DNA of 64,000 nucleotides, from assembly GCA_964016885.1 (NCBI GenBank), contig OZ024740.1, positions 35,216,001 through 35,280,000 on the forward strand, given 5' to 3'. Position numbers and translations under genes: made by a program. The notes beneath the pieces are model-generated. The model did not search any database. It worked only from the letters and a program-made list of their open reading frames with translations, and had not been told where the DNA came from. Below are positions 42,143 to 55,600 of this stretch, piece after piece. Origin of the DNA: Eledone cirrhosa (lineage: Eukaryota). Each line of letters begins with the position of its first letter. Within the stretch, counting starts at the first letter, position 1.

Positions 42143-42214
42143 CTTGGTTAATATTATAGATAGGTGAGGACGAGATAGAGGCAAGCAGTGACAGTTAAGG
42201 TCTTGGTTAATATT
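42143..42214. repeat. TSD plus one 59-bp monomer separating copies 2 and 3
   Basis: CTTGGTTAATATT at 42143 and again at 42202 (+59). Confidence 0.95.
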
Positions 42215-42450
42215 GATTTCTTTATTAGCCACAAGGGCGTAACAAGAAAGGGGACAATACAAAGACATGCCGGGGATTTTACATACAGTCGTGTAAAAAT
42301 TATAAAAACAAACAATTTCAACAATCGAAATCCCCAATAGGGGGGAGGCGCCACAAATGGGTTGTTTAATACCCCGTCGATAGAACAACCCTCAACTCAA
42401 GAAGCGTGTTGTGCAAGTGCTCCTTTCTTCCTTTTGCTCTCTTCCTCAAC

Positions 42451-45400
42451 CTACAGGCTTATAAACAGAGAAGGCCCAATCACTCGGGCCATTTTCGCTT
42501 CATTCACCCACCTTTCAGTAAATTTACTGGGGTGCAGTGCCTCTCTCTCCACCCTGATTCTCCTTCTAAAGTGATACTTAAAGAATGGAATCAATTGTTG
42601 TCCGGAGAGAAAGGCATCTGTCCTCAGTCCTCTCAACCTCGTCCACCATATAACTTCTTTCACCATAGCCACCGTACAGAGGAAAACCGCCTCTCTTTCG
42701 TTTTTGAAAGAGTCTGGCGGTTTGATCCTTACTATGGATTCGGCAGTCAACTGTATTTGTCCCATACGCGACAGCAGTTGTTCTGCATAGTTCCACAGGT
42801 CGCTTACGCCCGGGCAGTGTACAATTGCGTGCAGAACTGTTTCAATGTCCTGCGCACATCTTGGACACGTCCTCTTGGAAGGATCCCTGCCAGGGCGTCC
42901 GTGCCTGTAGATCTTGTCACGAACCGGTAGAGCTCCTCGGTAGCACTGCCAGGCCAGGGACCTCTGGAAGTTGTCCATAGGTCCCGGGCGGAAAGTCCTA
43001 CCAAACATACTGGTGAGCTCATCGTCTTCGACGCCCAGAGTCTCTCCGAGCACGTCGTCGCCCTTGTAACGTACAATCCCTCTATAGAATGTCGAAGTGG
43101 AGTATCCACTGATTGCTGCGCCCGCTTGCCAGAGGACTGTGAGCGCCTGAGCGCATTCAATGTGCCAGGCGCCCATCGTTTTCGGTCTTTTCTTCACCCA
43201 GGACTGCAGCTCCGTTAGCGAGACGAGCTGTGGGAAAGCCTGTCTCACAAACGGTGCCCACACCGGTTGGGGGTCGGTGAGGAATACCTGGAGATGCCGC
43301 AGCCTCAGCGCATGTTTGCGCATCATCAGCCACGGCATTCCCAGCCCTCCGTTGGAAGGGTGCTGACAGCAGACGGATCTCCTCACCAGCGGAGCCTGCT
43401 TCTTCCACAGAAACTGGAAGAGCATGCGTTCCATCTTGGCGAGGTGTTCACGGGGACAAGGCACGACAGTCAAGCGGTAGTAGATGACGGACGCTATGAA
43501 AGTGTTCGCCACCTCCGCTCGACCTTTCAAGGACAGTTTGCACTCTGCCCACTTCTGAGTGAGTGCAAACACCTTGGCCGTGACCTCGTTCCAGTTTTTC
43601 TCCACCTGGAGGTCTGGACCGAACCAGACCCCGAGCAATTTCACCGGTCCGTCCGTCCAGCGTCCAACGACGCTGTCGGATGTCATCGGTTTGCCTCTCC
43701 ACGTACCGAGTTGCAAACCGACAGACTTGTCTGGGTTTAGTTTTGCTCCCGTCAGCGTTTCGTATTCTTTCAGTATGTTGCCGATCACCCCGATTTCCGA
43801 GGTGCTCGACACCATTACTGTCACGTCGTCGGCATAAGCCGACGCCGCTTTGCGCAGTCCCGGTTCTAGGGGGATGCCCTGCAACAGCTCCAATTTCCGC
43901 AGTAGTGGCTCTAGAGTCAATACATACAGAATGGAGGAGAGAGGGCATCCCTGTCGAATGGAACGCGTGATTGCGAACGGCTCCGATAGGTAGCCGTTCA
44001 CCTTGACCCTCGAGCAGATGCTGGTGTGCATCGCCTCGATCCATCCTCTGAACACGGGACCGAAACCGGCCGCCTTGAGAACCGCTTCCAAGTATCGATG
44101 GTCGACCCTATCGAATGCCTTAGACTGATCCAAGTTGATCAGAGCCCCACCGAAGCCGGGTTTACTACCCACCCTCTCTATGATGTATCGCATGAGGTGG
44201 AGGTTGTCGTGTATGGACCTGGTCGGGATTGCACACGTTTGCGCTTTCCCTACCAGGTTCTCGACGACAAGCGCCAACCTCGTCGCTAGCACCTTGGCCA
44301 AAATCTTTAACTGTGTTGAGCAGAGTTATGGGCCTGAAGTTGTTAATTTCGTCCCCCTTGTTCTCGTCTTTCCTGATCAGCGTTACTACGCCCTTGCCTG
44401 CAGAACTGGGAATTCTCCCGTTCTGCTGCCAATTGCAGTAGACGGCTTCGAGGACGCCAGAGAACAAGTCCGGCATGCCTATGTAAAATTCGTAGGGTAG
44501 ACCATCTAGACCGGGTGACTTGCGTTTCCCGCAGCGGCCCAGAGCGTCCCGTATCTCAGTGTCCGTGATCGGTCTTTCGCAGAACTCGGCGTCCGTGTTC
44601 GAGAGACGCGGCAGGCCGTCGAGGTATGAACTAAAGTCCATTGCCCCGTTCGGCTCACCGTCGTTCTGCTCAAACAGTCGCGCAAAGTGCCGCTGAAAGG
44701 CCGCGCACATTTGCTTGGGGTCAAGTAGCACGCGTCCGTTTTGGTCTTTCAAAGACCGAATCGTGGACTTGTTGCCACTTTTTGCCTCCGCCACTCGGGC
44801 CCAGCTGACAGCTTTCGCTCCTTCGTTTCCTAGAGCACGTGTTTTGCTTCTGACCACGCAGCCTTCGTGTTTCGCATCGAAGAACTGGTCCAGTGCCGTT
44901 CTCGACGCTAACACTCTAGCCGCGTTGCCACTTCTAAGTGCCTCCTCTACCTTGGCTACTAGTTCTCTTTCTATTCTGTTTTTCTCTAAGGCTAACTCTC
45001 TGCTATACCCTATCGATTCTATTCTAATTGCTTTCTTGAGAGAGTACCACCATCTATTGTTGACGATGGCTCCCGTTAACTGTTGCTTGACTAGTTTACT
45101 TATCCGTTCACTGTAAGCTTTACGTGCCGGCAACGACACATTCAGCTTCCAGTATCCGGGACCCTGTCTATGTATTCTATCACGGTTGACTAAGCAGACG
45201 ACTAACTTGTGATCTGAATAGGCAACCATGTGCATTCGTGGACAGCTTAACATATCCTTGTCCCTTTCTCTAATGAAGAACCTATCTAAATACGATCTAG
45301 ATGTCCCACTGCGGTTTACCCACGTCCACTGTGGTGCAGTCGGGAAATCCAGTCGATACCTATCGGCCAGTTGGAATTGGCCGATTAAAGTTTTGAGGCT

Positions 45401-45895
45401 GTTGCACCCCGCTCTACTGGGACATGCTCCCACATAGTCCCATCGTGCATCTAGGATACCATTCCAGTCCCCCACTAAAAGTAAGGAGCGAGACGTTCCC
45501 AGAAAAGACTCTAGACGCTTAAAGAAGTCTGGCCGTGATTGCGATTGCCCGGTCGGGGCATAAACGGCCACCAGTCTGAAGGCTCCACCTCCGATACTGT
45601 TCACGTCTAGGACTACCAGTCTACCCTCCGGGTCCAAGTGTACTTGCTGTACTCCGACGTCCAGGTTCTTCCGAAACATAACAGCCACTCCACCTCCACC
45701 TCCTGGCTGACAGAGAGATGCGTAGATCTCAAAGTCGTCGAAGATGGGGGTTAGTTGCTGCCTGTTGTGGATTCTGGACTCGGTGATGGCTATCACATCC
45801 ATACTGTGTGACCTAAGGTCGTTTAAAAGTTGGCCCTGTTTCCAGGGCATCCCTAGGCCACGCACATTCACGGTTCCAACTCGTAAACCAGCCAT
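42451..45895 (-). pseudogene. ORF2 of copy 3: APE-RT-CCHC with a 2-bp deletion at ~44311
   Basis: NFRPITLLNT is followed by a frameshift (ACAG versus ACAGAG in copy 2). Restoring 2 bp gives ...LLNTELKILAKVLA... and one ~1148-aa ORF. Confidence 0.93.
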
Positions 45896-45936
45896 GTTGG
45901 TGAAGAAAAGTTGGAGAAAAAGGACGAAAGGTGCAC

Positions 45937-46607
45937 TTACCTTTTCGTTTCCTGGAGATCGGGTTGTTCAATCTCCATTTGGGTGCTGGATGGGGTGGGG
46001 AAACCTTTCAACAGGACGCGGTTGATGGGTTTGTGGCAGGGGTTGCCCACGTCCTGTGAAAATTTAATTTTCAGGTCTTTATAGGTTTCCATAGAAACCC
46101 TTATAAGTTTAAGGTGTGGAGACGATTCTGCCTTGACGAAAGTTTTGCCCTCCGTCTCCACCTTGGGGTTTTGGGAGATGACCTCCATCAAACTCTTGTT
46201 GTTTGTGTTGATGTATGCGTATTGTTGTTTGTGTTTTTGTTGTATTGTTTTAGTTTGTTGTTCATCTGGGAGTTTTCTTTTTATGGTGGGTGCTTGTGTT
46301 TGGGGTGGTGTTGGTGCTGGTTTTGCTGATAGGGGGGTGTTTGACTGTGGTGTTGTTTGTGTTGTTGTTCGTGTCTGTGGTTGTGTGTTGGTGTTGGTGA
46401 TTGGAGTTTTGGGGGTTTTGTGGTGTCTCTTTTTTTGTTTTTTGGATTTCCGCGGTTCTCCCTCTTCTTCACTTAAAGAAGGAGAAGCAGCTTCATCCGT
46501 CGATGAATAATCATCGTCAGGTGTGTGGGGTAAGGGTATGTTGTGTGGTGGTGGTGGTGTTTCGGTATGTGTGTTTGTGGTAGTGTTTGATGGAGTGGGA
46601 TGGAGTG
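45937..46607 (-). pseudogene. ORF1 C-terminal fragment of copy 3
   Basis: Open through PTPPQTQAPTIKRKLPDE...NKSLMEVISQ...ETKR*. Confidence 0.85.
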
Positions 46608-49600
46608 TGGAGGACGAGATAGAGGCAAGCAGTGACAGTTAAGGTCTTGGTTAATATTGTTGCTAGGTAAGGACGAGATAGAGGCAAGCAGTGACAGTTA
46701 AGGTCTTGGTTAATATTATTGATAGGTGAGGACGAGATAGAGGTAAGCAGTGACAGTTAAGGTGTTGGTTAATATTGTTGATAGGTAATGACGAGATAGA
46801 GGCAAGCAGTGACAGTTAAGGTCTTGGTTAATATTATTGATAGGCGAGGACGAGATAGAGACAAGCAGTGACAGTTAACGTCTTGGTTAATATTATTGAT
46901 AGGTGGGGACGAGATAGAGGTAAGCAGTGACAGTTAAGGTGTTGGTTAATATTGTTGATAGGTAATGACGAGATAGAGGCAAGCAGTTACAGTTAAGGTA
47001 TTGGTTAATATTATTGATAGGTGGGGACGAGATAGAGGCAAGCAGTGACAGTTAAGGTCTTGGTTAATATTATTGATAAGTGAGGACGAGCTAGAGGCAA
47101 GCAGTGACAGTTAAGGTCTTGGTTAATATTATTGATAGGTGAGGACGAGATAGAGGCAAGCAGTGACAGTTAAGGTCTTAGTTAATATTGTTGATAGGTG
47201 AGGACGAGATAGAGGTAAGCAGTGACAGTTAAGGTCTTGGTTAATATTATTGATAGGTGAGGACGAGATAGAGGTAAGCAATGACAGTTAAGGTCTTGGT
47301 TAATATTGTTGATAGGTGAGGACGAGATAGAGGCAAGCAGTGACAGTTAAGGTCTTGGTTAATATTATTGATAGGTGAGGTCGAGATAGAGGCAAGCAGT
47401 GGCAGTTAAGGTCTTGGTTAATATTGTTGATAGGTGAGGACGAGATAGAGGTAAGCAGTGACAGTTAAGGTGTTGGTTAATATTATTGATAGGTGAGGAC
47501 GAGATAGAGGTAAGCAATGACAGTTAAGGTCTTGGTTAATATTGTTGATAGGTGAGGACGAGATAGAGGCAAGCAGTGACAGTTAAGGTCTTGATTAATA
47601 TTATTGATAGGTGAGGACGAGATAGAGGTAAGCAGTGACAGTTAAGGTCTTGGTTAATATTGCTGATAGGTGAGGACGAGATAGACGCAAGCAGTGACAG
47701 CCAAGTTCTTGGTTAATATTGTTGATAGGTGGGGACGAGATAGAGGCATGCAGTGACAGTTAAGGTCTTGGTAAATGTTATTGATAGTTGAGGACGAGAT
47801 AGAGGTAAGCAGGGACAGTTAAGGTCTTGGTTAATATTATTGATATGTGAGGACGAGATAGAGGCAAGCAGTGACAGTTAAGGTCTTGTTTAATATTATT
47901 GATAGGTGGGGACGAGATAGAGGCAAGCAGTGACAGTTAAGGTCTTTGTTAATATTATTGATAGGTGAGGACGAGATAGAGGTAAGCAGTGACAGTTAAG
48001 GTCTTGGTTAATATTGTTGATAGGTGAGGACGAGATAGAGGCAAGCAGTGACAGTTAAGGTCTTTGTATTATTATTGATAGGTGAGGACGAGATAGAGGC
48101 AAGCAGTGACAGTTAAGGCCTTTGTAATATTATTGATAGGTGAGGACGAGATAGAGGTAAGCAGTGACAGTTAAGGTCTTGGTTAATATTGTTGATATGT
48201 GAGGACGAGAAAGAGGCAAGCAGTGACAGTTATGGTATTGGTTAATATTTTTGATAGGTGAGGACGAGATGGAGTCAAGCAGTGACAGTTAAGGTCTTGG
48301 TATTATTATTGATAGGTGAGGACGAGATAGAAGCAAGCAGTGACAGTTAAGGTCTTGGTTAATATTATTGATAGGTTAGGACGAGATAGAGGTAAGCAGT
48401 GACAGTCAAGATCTTGATTAATATTATTGATAGGTGAGGACGAGATAGAGGCAAGCAGTGACAGTTAAGGTCTTGGTTAATATTGTTGATAGGTGAGGAC
48501 GAGATAGAGGCAGCAGTGACAGTTAAGGTCTTAGTTAATATTGTTGATAGGTGAGGACGAGATAGAGGCAAGCAGTGAGAGTTAAGGTCTTGGTTAATAT
48601 TGTTGATAGGTGAGGATGAGATAGAGGCAAGCAGTGACAGTTAAGGTCTTGGTTAATATTGTTGATAGATCAGGACGGGATAGAGGTAAGCAGTTACAGT
48701 TAAGGTCTTGGTTAATATTATTGATAGGTGAGGACGAGATAGAGGCAAGCAGTGACAGTTAAGGTCTTGGTTAATATTGTTGATAGGTGAGGACGATATT
48801 GAGGTAAGCAATGACAGTTAAGGTCTTGGTTAATATTGTTGATAGGTGAGAACGAGATAGAGGTAAGCAGTGACAGTTAAGGTCTTGATTAATATTGTTG
48901 ATAGGTGGGGACGAGATAGAGGGAAGTAGTGACAGTTAAGGTCTTGGTTAATATTGTTGATAGGTGTGGACGAGATAGCGGCAAAGAGTGACAGTTAAGG
49001 TCTTGGTTAATATTATGGATAGGTGAGGACGAGATAGAGGCAAGCAGTGACAGTTGAGGTCTTGGTTAATATTGTTGATAGGTGAGGACGAGATAGAGGC
49101 AAGCAGTGACAGTTAAGGTCTTGGTTAATATTGTTGATAGGTGAGGACGAGATAGAGGCAAGCAGTGACAGTTAAGGTCTTGGTTAATATTGTTGATAGG
49201 TGAGGACGAGATAGAGGCAAGCAGTGACAGTTAAGGTCTTGGTTAATATTATTGATAAGTGAGGACGAGATAGAGGCAAGCAGTGACAGTTAAGGTCTTG
49301 GTTAATATTGTTGATAGGTGAGGACGAGATAGAAGCAAGCAGTGACAGTTAAGGTCTTGGTTAATATTATTGATAGGTGGGGACGAGATAGAGGCAAGCA
49401 GTGACATTTAAGGTCTTGGTTAATATTATTGATAATTGAGGACGAGATAGAGGCAATCAGTGACTGTTAAGCGCTTGATTAATATTGTTGATAGGTGAGG
49501 ACGAGATAGAGGTAAGCAGTGACAATTAAGGTCTTGGTTAACATTATTGATAGGTGAGGACGAGATAGAGGTAAGCAGTGACAGTTAAGGTCTTGGTTAA

Positions 49601-52600
49601 TATTATTGATAGGTGAGGACGAGATAGAGGCAAGCAGTGACAGTTAAGGTCTTAGTTAATATTGTTGATAGGTGAGGACGAGATAGAGGTAAGCAGTGAC
49701 AGTTAAGGTCTTGGTTAATATTATTGATAGGTGAGGACGAGATAGACGTAAGCAATGACAGTTAAGGTCTTGGTTAATATTGCTGATAGGTGAGGACGAG
49801 ATAGACGCAAGCAGTGACAGCCAAGTTCTTGGTTAATATTGTTGATAGGTGGGGACGAGATAGAGGCATGCAGTGACAGTTAAGGTCTTGGTAAATGTTA
49901 TTGATAGTTGAGGACGAGATAGAGGTAAGCAGGGACAGTTAAGGTCTTGGTTAATATTATTGATATGTGAGGACGAGATAGAGGCAAGCAGTGACAGTTA
50001 AGGTCTTGTTTAATATTATTGATAGGTGGGGACGAGATAGAGGCAAGCAGTGACAGTTAAGGTCTTTGTTAATATTATTGATAGGTGAGGACGAGATAGA
50101 GGTAAGCAGTGACAGTTAAGGTCTTGGTTAATATTGTTGATAGGTGAGGACGAGATAGAGGCAAGCAGTGACAGTTAAGGTCTTTGTATTATTATTGATA
50201 GGTGAGGACGAGATAGAGGCAAGCAGTGACAGTTAAGGCCTTTGTAATATTATTGATAGGTGAGGACGAGATAGAGGTAAGCAGTGACAGTTAAGGTCTT
50301 GGTTAATATTGTTGATATGTGAGGACGAGAAAGAGGCAAGCAGTGACAGTTATGGTATTGGTTAATATTTTTGATAGGTGAGGACGAGATGGAGTCAAGC
50401 AGTGACAGTTAAGGTCTTGGTATTATTATTGATAGGTGAGGACGAGATAGAAGCAAGCAGTGACAGTTAAGGTCTTGGTTAATATTATTGATAGGTTAGG
50501 ACGAGATAGAGGTAAGCAGTGACAGTCAAGATCTTGATTAATATTATTGATAGGTGAGGACGAGATAGAGGCAAGCAGTGACAGTTAAGGTCTTGGTTAA
50601 TATTGTTGATAGGTGAGGACGAGATAGAGGCAGCAGTGACAGTTAAGGTCTTAGTTAATATTGTTGATAGGTGAGGACGAGATAGAGGCAAGCAGTGAGA
50701 GTTAAGGTCTTGGTTAATATTGTTGATAGGTGAGGATGAGATAGAGGCAAGCAGTGACAGTTAAGGTCTTGGTTAATATTGTTGATAGATCAGGACGGGA
50801 TAGAGGTAAGCAGTTACAGTTAAGGTCTTGGTTAATATTATTGATAGGTGAGGACGAGATAGAGGCAAGCAGTGACAGTTAAGGTCTTGGTTAATATTGT
50901 TGATAGGTGAGGACGATATTGAGGTAAGCAATGACAGTTAAGGTCTTGGTTAATATTGTTGATAGGTGAGAACGAGATAGAGGTAAGCAGTGACAGTTAA
51001 GGTCTTGATTAATATTGTTGATAGGTGGGGACGAGATAGAGGGAAGTAGTGACAGTTAAGGTCTTGGTTAATATTGTTGATAGGTGTGGACGAGATAGCG
51101 GCAAAGAGTGACAGTTAAGGTCTTGGTTAATATTATGGATAGGTGAGGACGAGATAGAGGCAAGCAGTGACAGTTGAGGTCTTGGTTAATATTGTTGATA
51201 GGTGAGGACGAGATAGAGGCAAGCAGTGACAGTTAAGGTCTTGGTTAATATTGTTGATAGGTGAGGACGAGATAGAGGCAAGCAGTGACAGTTAAGGTCT
51301 TGGTTAATATTGTTGATAGGTGAGGACGAGATAGAGGCAAGCAGTGACAGTTAAGGTCTTGGTTAATATTATTGATAAGTGAGGACGAGATAGAGGCAAG
51401 CAGTGACAGTTAAGGTCTTGGTTAATATTGTTGATAGGTGAGGACGAGATAGAAGCAAGCAGTGACAGTTAAGGTCTTGGTTAATATTATTGATAGGTGG
51501 GGACGAGATAGAGGCAAGCAGTGACATTTAAGGTCTTGGTTAATATTATTGATAATTGAGGACGAGATAGAGGCAAGCAGTGACTGTTAAGCGCTTGATT
51601 AATATTGTTGATAGGTGAGGACGAGATAGAGGTAAGCAGTGACAATTAAGGTCTTGGTTAACATTATTGATAGGTGAGGACGAGATAGAGGTAAGCAGTG
51701 ACAGTTAAGGTCTTGGTTAATATTATTGATAGGTGAGGACGAGATAGAGGCAAGCAGTGACAGTTAAGGTCTTAGTTAATATTGTTGATAGGTGAGGACG
51801 AGATAGAGGTAAGCAGTGACAGTTAAGGTCTTGGTTAATATTATTGATAGGTGAGGACGAGATAGAGGTAAGCAATGACAGTTAAGGTCTTGGTTAATAT
51901 TGTTGATAGGTGAGGACGAGATAGAGGCAAGCAGTGACAGTTAAGGTCTTGGTTAATATTATTGATAGGTGAGGTCGAGATAGAGGCAAGCAGTGGCAGT
52001 TAAGGTCTTGGTTAATATTGTTGATAGGTGAGGACGAGATAGAGGTAAGCAGTGACAGTTAAGGTGTTGGTTAATATTATTGATAGGTGAGGACGAGATA
52101 GAGGTAAGCAATGACAGTTAAGGTCTTGGTTAATATTGTTGATAGGTGAGGACGAGATAGAGGCAAGCAGTGACAGTTAAGGTCTTGGTTAATATTATTG
52201 ATAGGTGAGGACGAGATAGAGGTAAGCAGTGACAGTTAAGGTCTTGGTTAATATTGCTGATAGGTGAGGACGAGATAGACGCAAGCAGTGACAGCCAAGT
52301 TCTTGGTTAATATTGTTGATAGGTGGGGACGAGATAGAGGCATGCAGTGACAGTTAAGGTCTTGGTAAATGTTATTGATAGTTGAGGACGAGATAGAGGT
52401 AAGCAGGGACAGTTAAGGTCTTGGTTAATATTATTGATATGTGAGGACGAGATAGAGGCAAGCAGTGACAGTTAAGGTCTTGTTTAATATTATTGATAGG
52501 TGGGGACGAGATAGAGGCAAGCAGTGACAGTTAAGGTCTTTGTTAATATTATTGATAGGTGAGGACGAGATAGAGGTAAGCAGTGACAGTTAAGGTCTTG

Positions 52601-55600
52601 GTTAATATTGTTGATAGGTGAGGACGAGATAGAGGCAAGCAGTGACAGTTAAGGTCTTTGTATTATTATTGATAGGTGAGGACGAGATAGAGGCAAGCAG
52701 TGACAGTTAAGGCCTTTGTAATATTATTGATAGGTGAGGACGAGATAGAGGTAAGCAGTGACAGTTAAGGTCTTGGTTAATATTGTTGATATGTGAGGAC
52801 GAGAAAGAGGCAAGCAGTGACAGTTATGGTATTGGTTAATATTTTTGATAGGTGAGGACGAGATGGAGTCAAGCAGTGACAGTTAAGGTCTTGGTATTAT
52901 TATTGATAGGTGAGGACGAGATAGAAGCAAGCAGTGACAGTTAAGGTCTTGGTTAATATTATTGATAGGTTAGGACGAGATAGAGGTAAGCAGTGACAGT
53001 CAAGATCTTGATTAATATTATTGATAGGTGAGGACGAGATAGAGGCAAGCAGTGACAGTTAAGGTCTTGGTTAATATTGTTGATAGGTGAGGACGAGATA
53101 GAGGCAGCAGTGACAGTTAAGGTCTTAGTTAATATTGTTGATAGGTGAGGACGAGATAGAGACAAGCAGTGAGAGTTAAGGTCTTGGTTAATATTGTTGA
53201 TAGGTGAGGATGAGATAGAGGCAAGCAGTGACAGTTAAGGTCTTGGTTAATATTGTTGATAGATCAGGACGGGATAGAGGTAAGCAGTTACAGTTAAGGT
53301 CTTGGTTAATATTATTGATAGGTGAGGACGAGATAGAGGCAAGCAGTGACAGTTAAGGTCTTGGTTAATATTGTTGATAGGTGAGGACGATATTGAGGTA
53401 AGCAATGACAGTTAAGGTCTTGGTTAATATTGTTGATAGGTGAGAACGAGATAGAGGTAAGCAGTGACAGTTAAGGTCTTGATTAATATTGTTGATAGGT
53501 GGGGACGAGATAGAGGGAAGTAGTGACAGTTAAGGTCTTGGTTAATATTGTTGATAGGTGTGGACGAGATAGCGGCAAAGAGTGACAGTTAAGGTCTTGG
53601 TTAATATTATGGATAGGTGAGGACGAGATAGAGGCAAGCAGTGACAGTTGAGGTCTTGGTTAATATTGTTGATAGGTGAGGACGAGATAGAGGCAAGCAG
53701 TGACAGTTAAGGTCTTGGTTAATATTGTTGATAGGTGAGGACGAGATAGAGGCAAGCAGTGACAGTTAAGGTCTTGGTTAATATTGTTGATAGGTGAGGA
53801 CGAGATAGAGGCAAGCAGTGACAGTTAAGGTCTTGGTTAATATTATTGATAAGTGAGGACGAGATAGAGGCAAGCAGTGACAGTTAAGGTCTTGGTTAAT
53901 ATTGTTGATAGGTGAGGACGAGATAGAAGCAAGCAGTGACAGTTAAGGTCTTGGTTAATATTATTGATAGGTGGGGACGAGATAGAGGCAAGCAGTGACA
54001 TTTAAGGTCTTGGTTAATATTATTGATAATTGAGGACGAGATAGAGGCAAGCAGTGACTGTTAAGCGCTTGATTAATATTGTTGATAGGTGAGGACGAGA
54101 TAGAGGTAAGCAGTGACAATTAAGGTCTTGGTTAACATTATTGATAGGTGAGGACGAGATAGAGGTAAGCAGTGACAGTTAAGGTCTTGGTTAATATTAT
54201 TGATAGGTGAGGACGAGATAGTGGCAAGAAATGACAGTTAAGGTCTTGGTTAATATTGTTGATAGGTGAGGACGAGCTAAAGGCTAGCAGTGACAGTTAA
54301 GGTCTTGCTTAATATTATTGATAGGTGAGGACGAGATAGAGGTAAGCAGTGACATTTATGGTCTTGGTTAATATTGTTGATAGGTGAGGACGAGATAGAG
54401 GCAAGCAGTGACAGTTAAGGACTTTGTTAATATTATTGATAGGTGAGGACGAGATAGAGGTAAGCAGTGACAGTTAAGGTCCTTGTTAATATTATTGATA
54501 GGTGAGGACGAGATAGAGGTAAGCAGTGACAGTTAAGGTCTTGGTATTATTATTGATAGGTGAGGACGAGATAGAGGCAAGCAGTGACATTTAAGGTCTT
54601 GGTTAATATTGTTGATATGTGAGGACGAGAAAGAGGCAAGCAGTGACAGTTAAGGTATTGGTTAATATTTTTGATAGGTGAGCACGAGATGGAGTCAAGC
54701 AGTGACAGTTAAGGTCTTGGTATTATTATTGATAGGTGAGGACGAGATAGAAGCAAGCAGTGACAGTTAAGGTCTTGGTTAATATTATTGATAGGTTAGG
54801 ACGAGATAGAGGTAAGCAGTGACAGTCAAGGTCTTGGTTAATATTATTGATAGGTGAGGACGAGATAGAGGCAAGCAGTGACAGTTAAGGTCTTGGTTAA
54901 TATTATTGATAAGTGAGGACGAGCTAGAGGCAACCAGTGACAGTTAAGGTCTTGGTTAATATTATTGATAGGTGAGGACGAGATAGAGGCAAGCAGTGAC
55001 AGTTAAGGTCTTGGTTAATATTGTTGATAGATCAGGACGGGATAGAGGTAAGCAGTTACAGTTAAGGTCTTGGTTAATATTATTGATAGGTGAGGACGAG
55101 ATAGAGGCAAGCAGTGACAGTTAAGGTCTTGGTTAATATTGTTGATAGGTGAGGACGATATTGAGGTAAGCAATGACAGTTAAGGTCTTGGTTAATATTG
55201 TTGATAGGTGAGAACGAGATAGAGGTAAGCAGTAACAGTTAAGGTCTTGATTAATATTGTTGATAGGTGAGGACGAGATAGAGGCAAGCAGTGACAGTTA
55301 AGGTCTTGGTTAATATTGTTGATAGGTGAGGACGAGATAGAGGGAAGTAGTGACAGTTAAGGTCTAGGTTAATATTGTTGATAGGTGTGGACGAGATAGA
55401 GGCAATCAGTGACAGTTAAGGTCTTGGTTAATATTATGGATAGGTGAGGACGAGATAGAGGCAAGCAGTGACAGTTGAGGTCTTGGTTAATATTGTTGAT
55501 AGGTGAGGACGAGATAGAGGTAAGCAGTGACAGTTAAGGTCTTGGTTAATATTGTTGATAGGTGAGGACGAGATAGAGGCAAGCAGTGACAGTTAAGGTC

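Larger units (their letters stand above)
42215..46607 (-). mobile_element. Tx1/L1-type non-LTR retrotransposon, copy 3 (5'-truncated within ORF1, ~4.4 kb)
   Basis: Same 3' junction as copies 1 and 2. 5' junction GATGGAGTG|TG|GAGGACGAG. Confidence 0.95.

Noticed and set aside
34134-46583. Antisense and alternate-frame ORFs inside the retrotransposon copies
   Set aside because: Shadow ORFs with no motifs; they repeat only because the element repeats.
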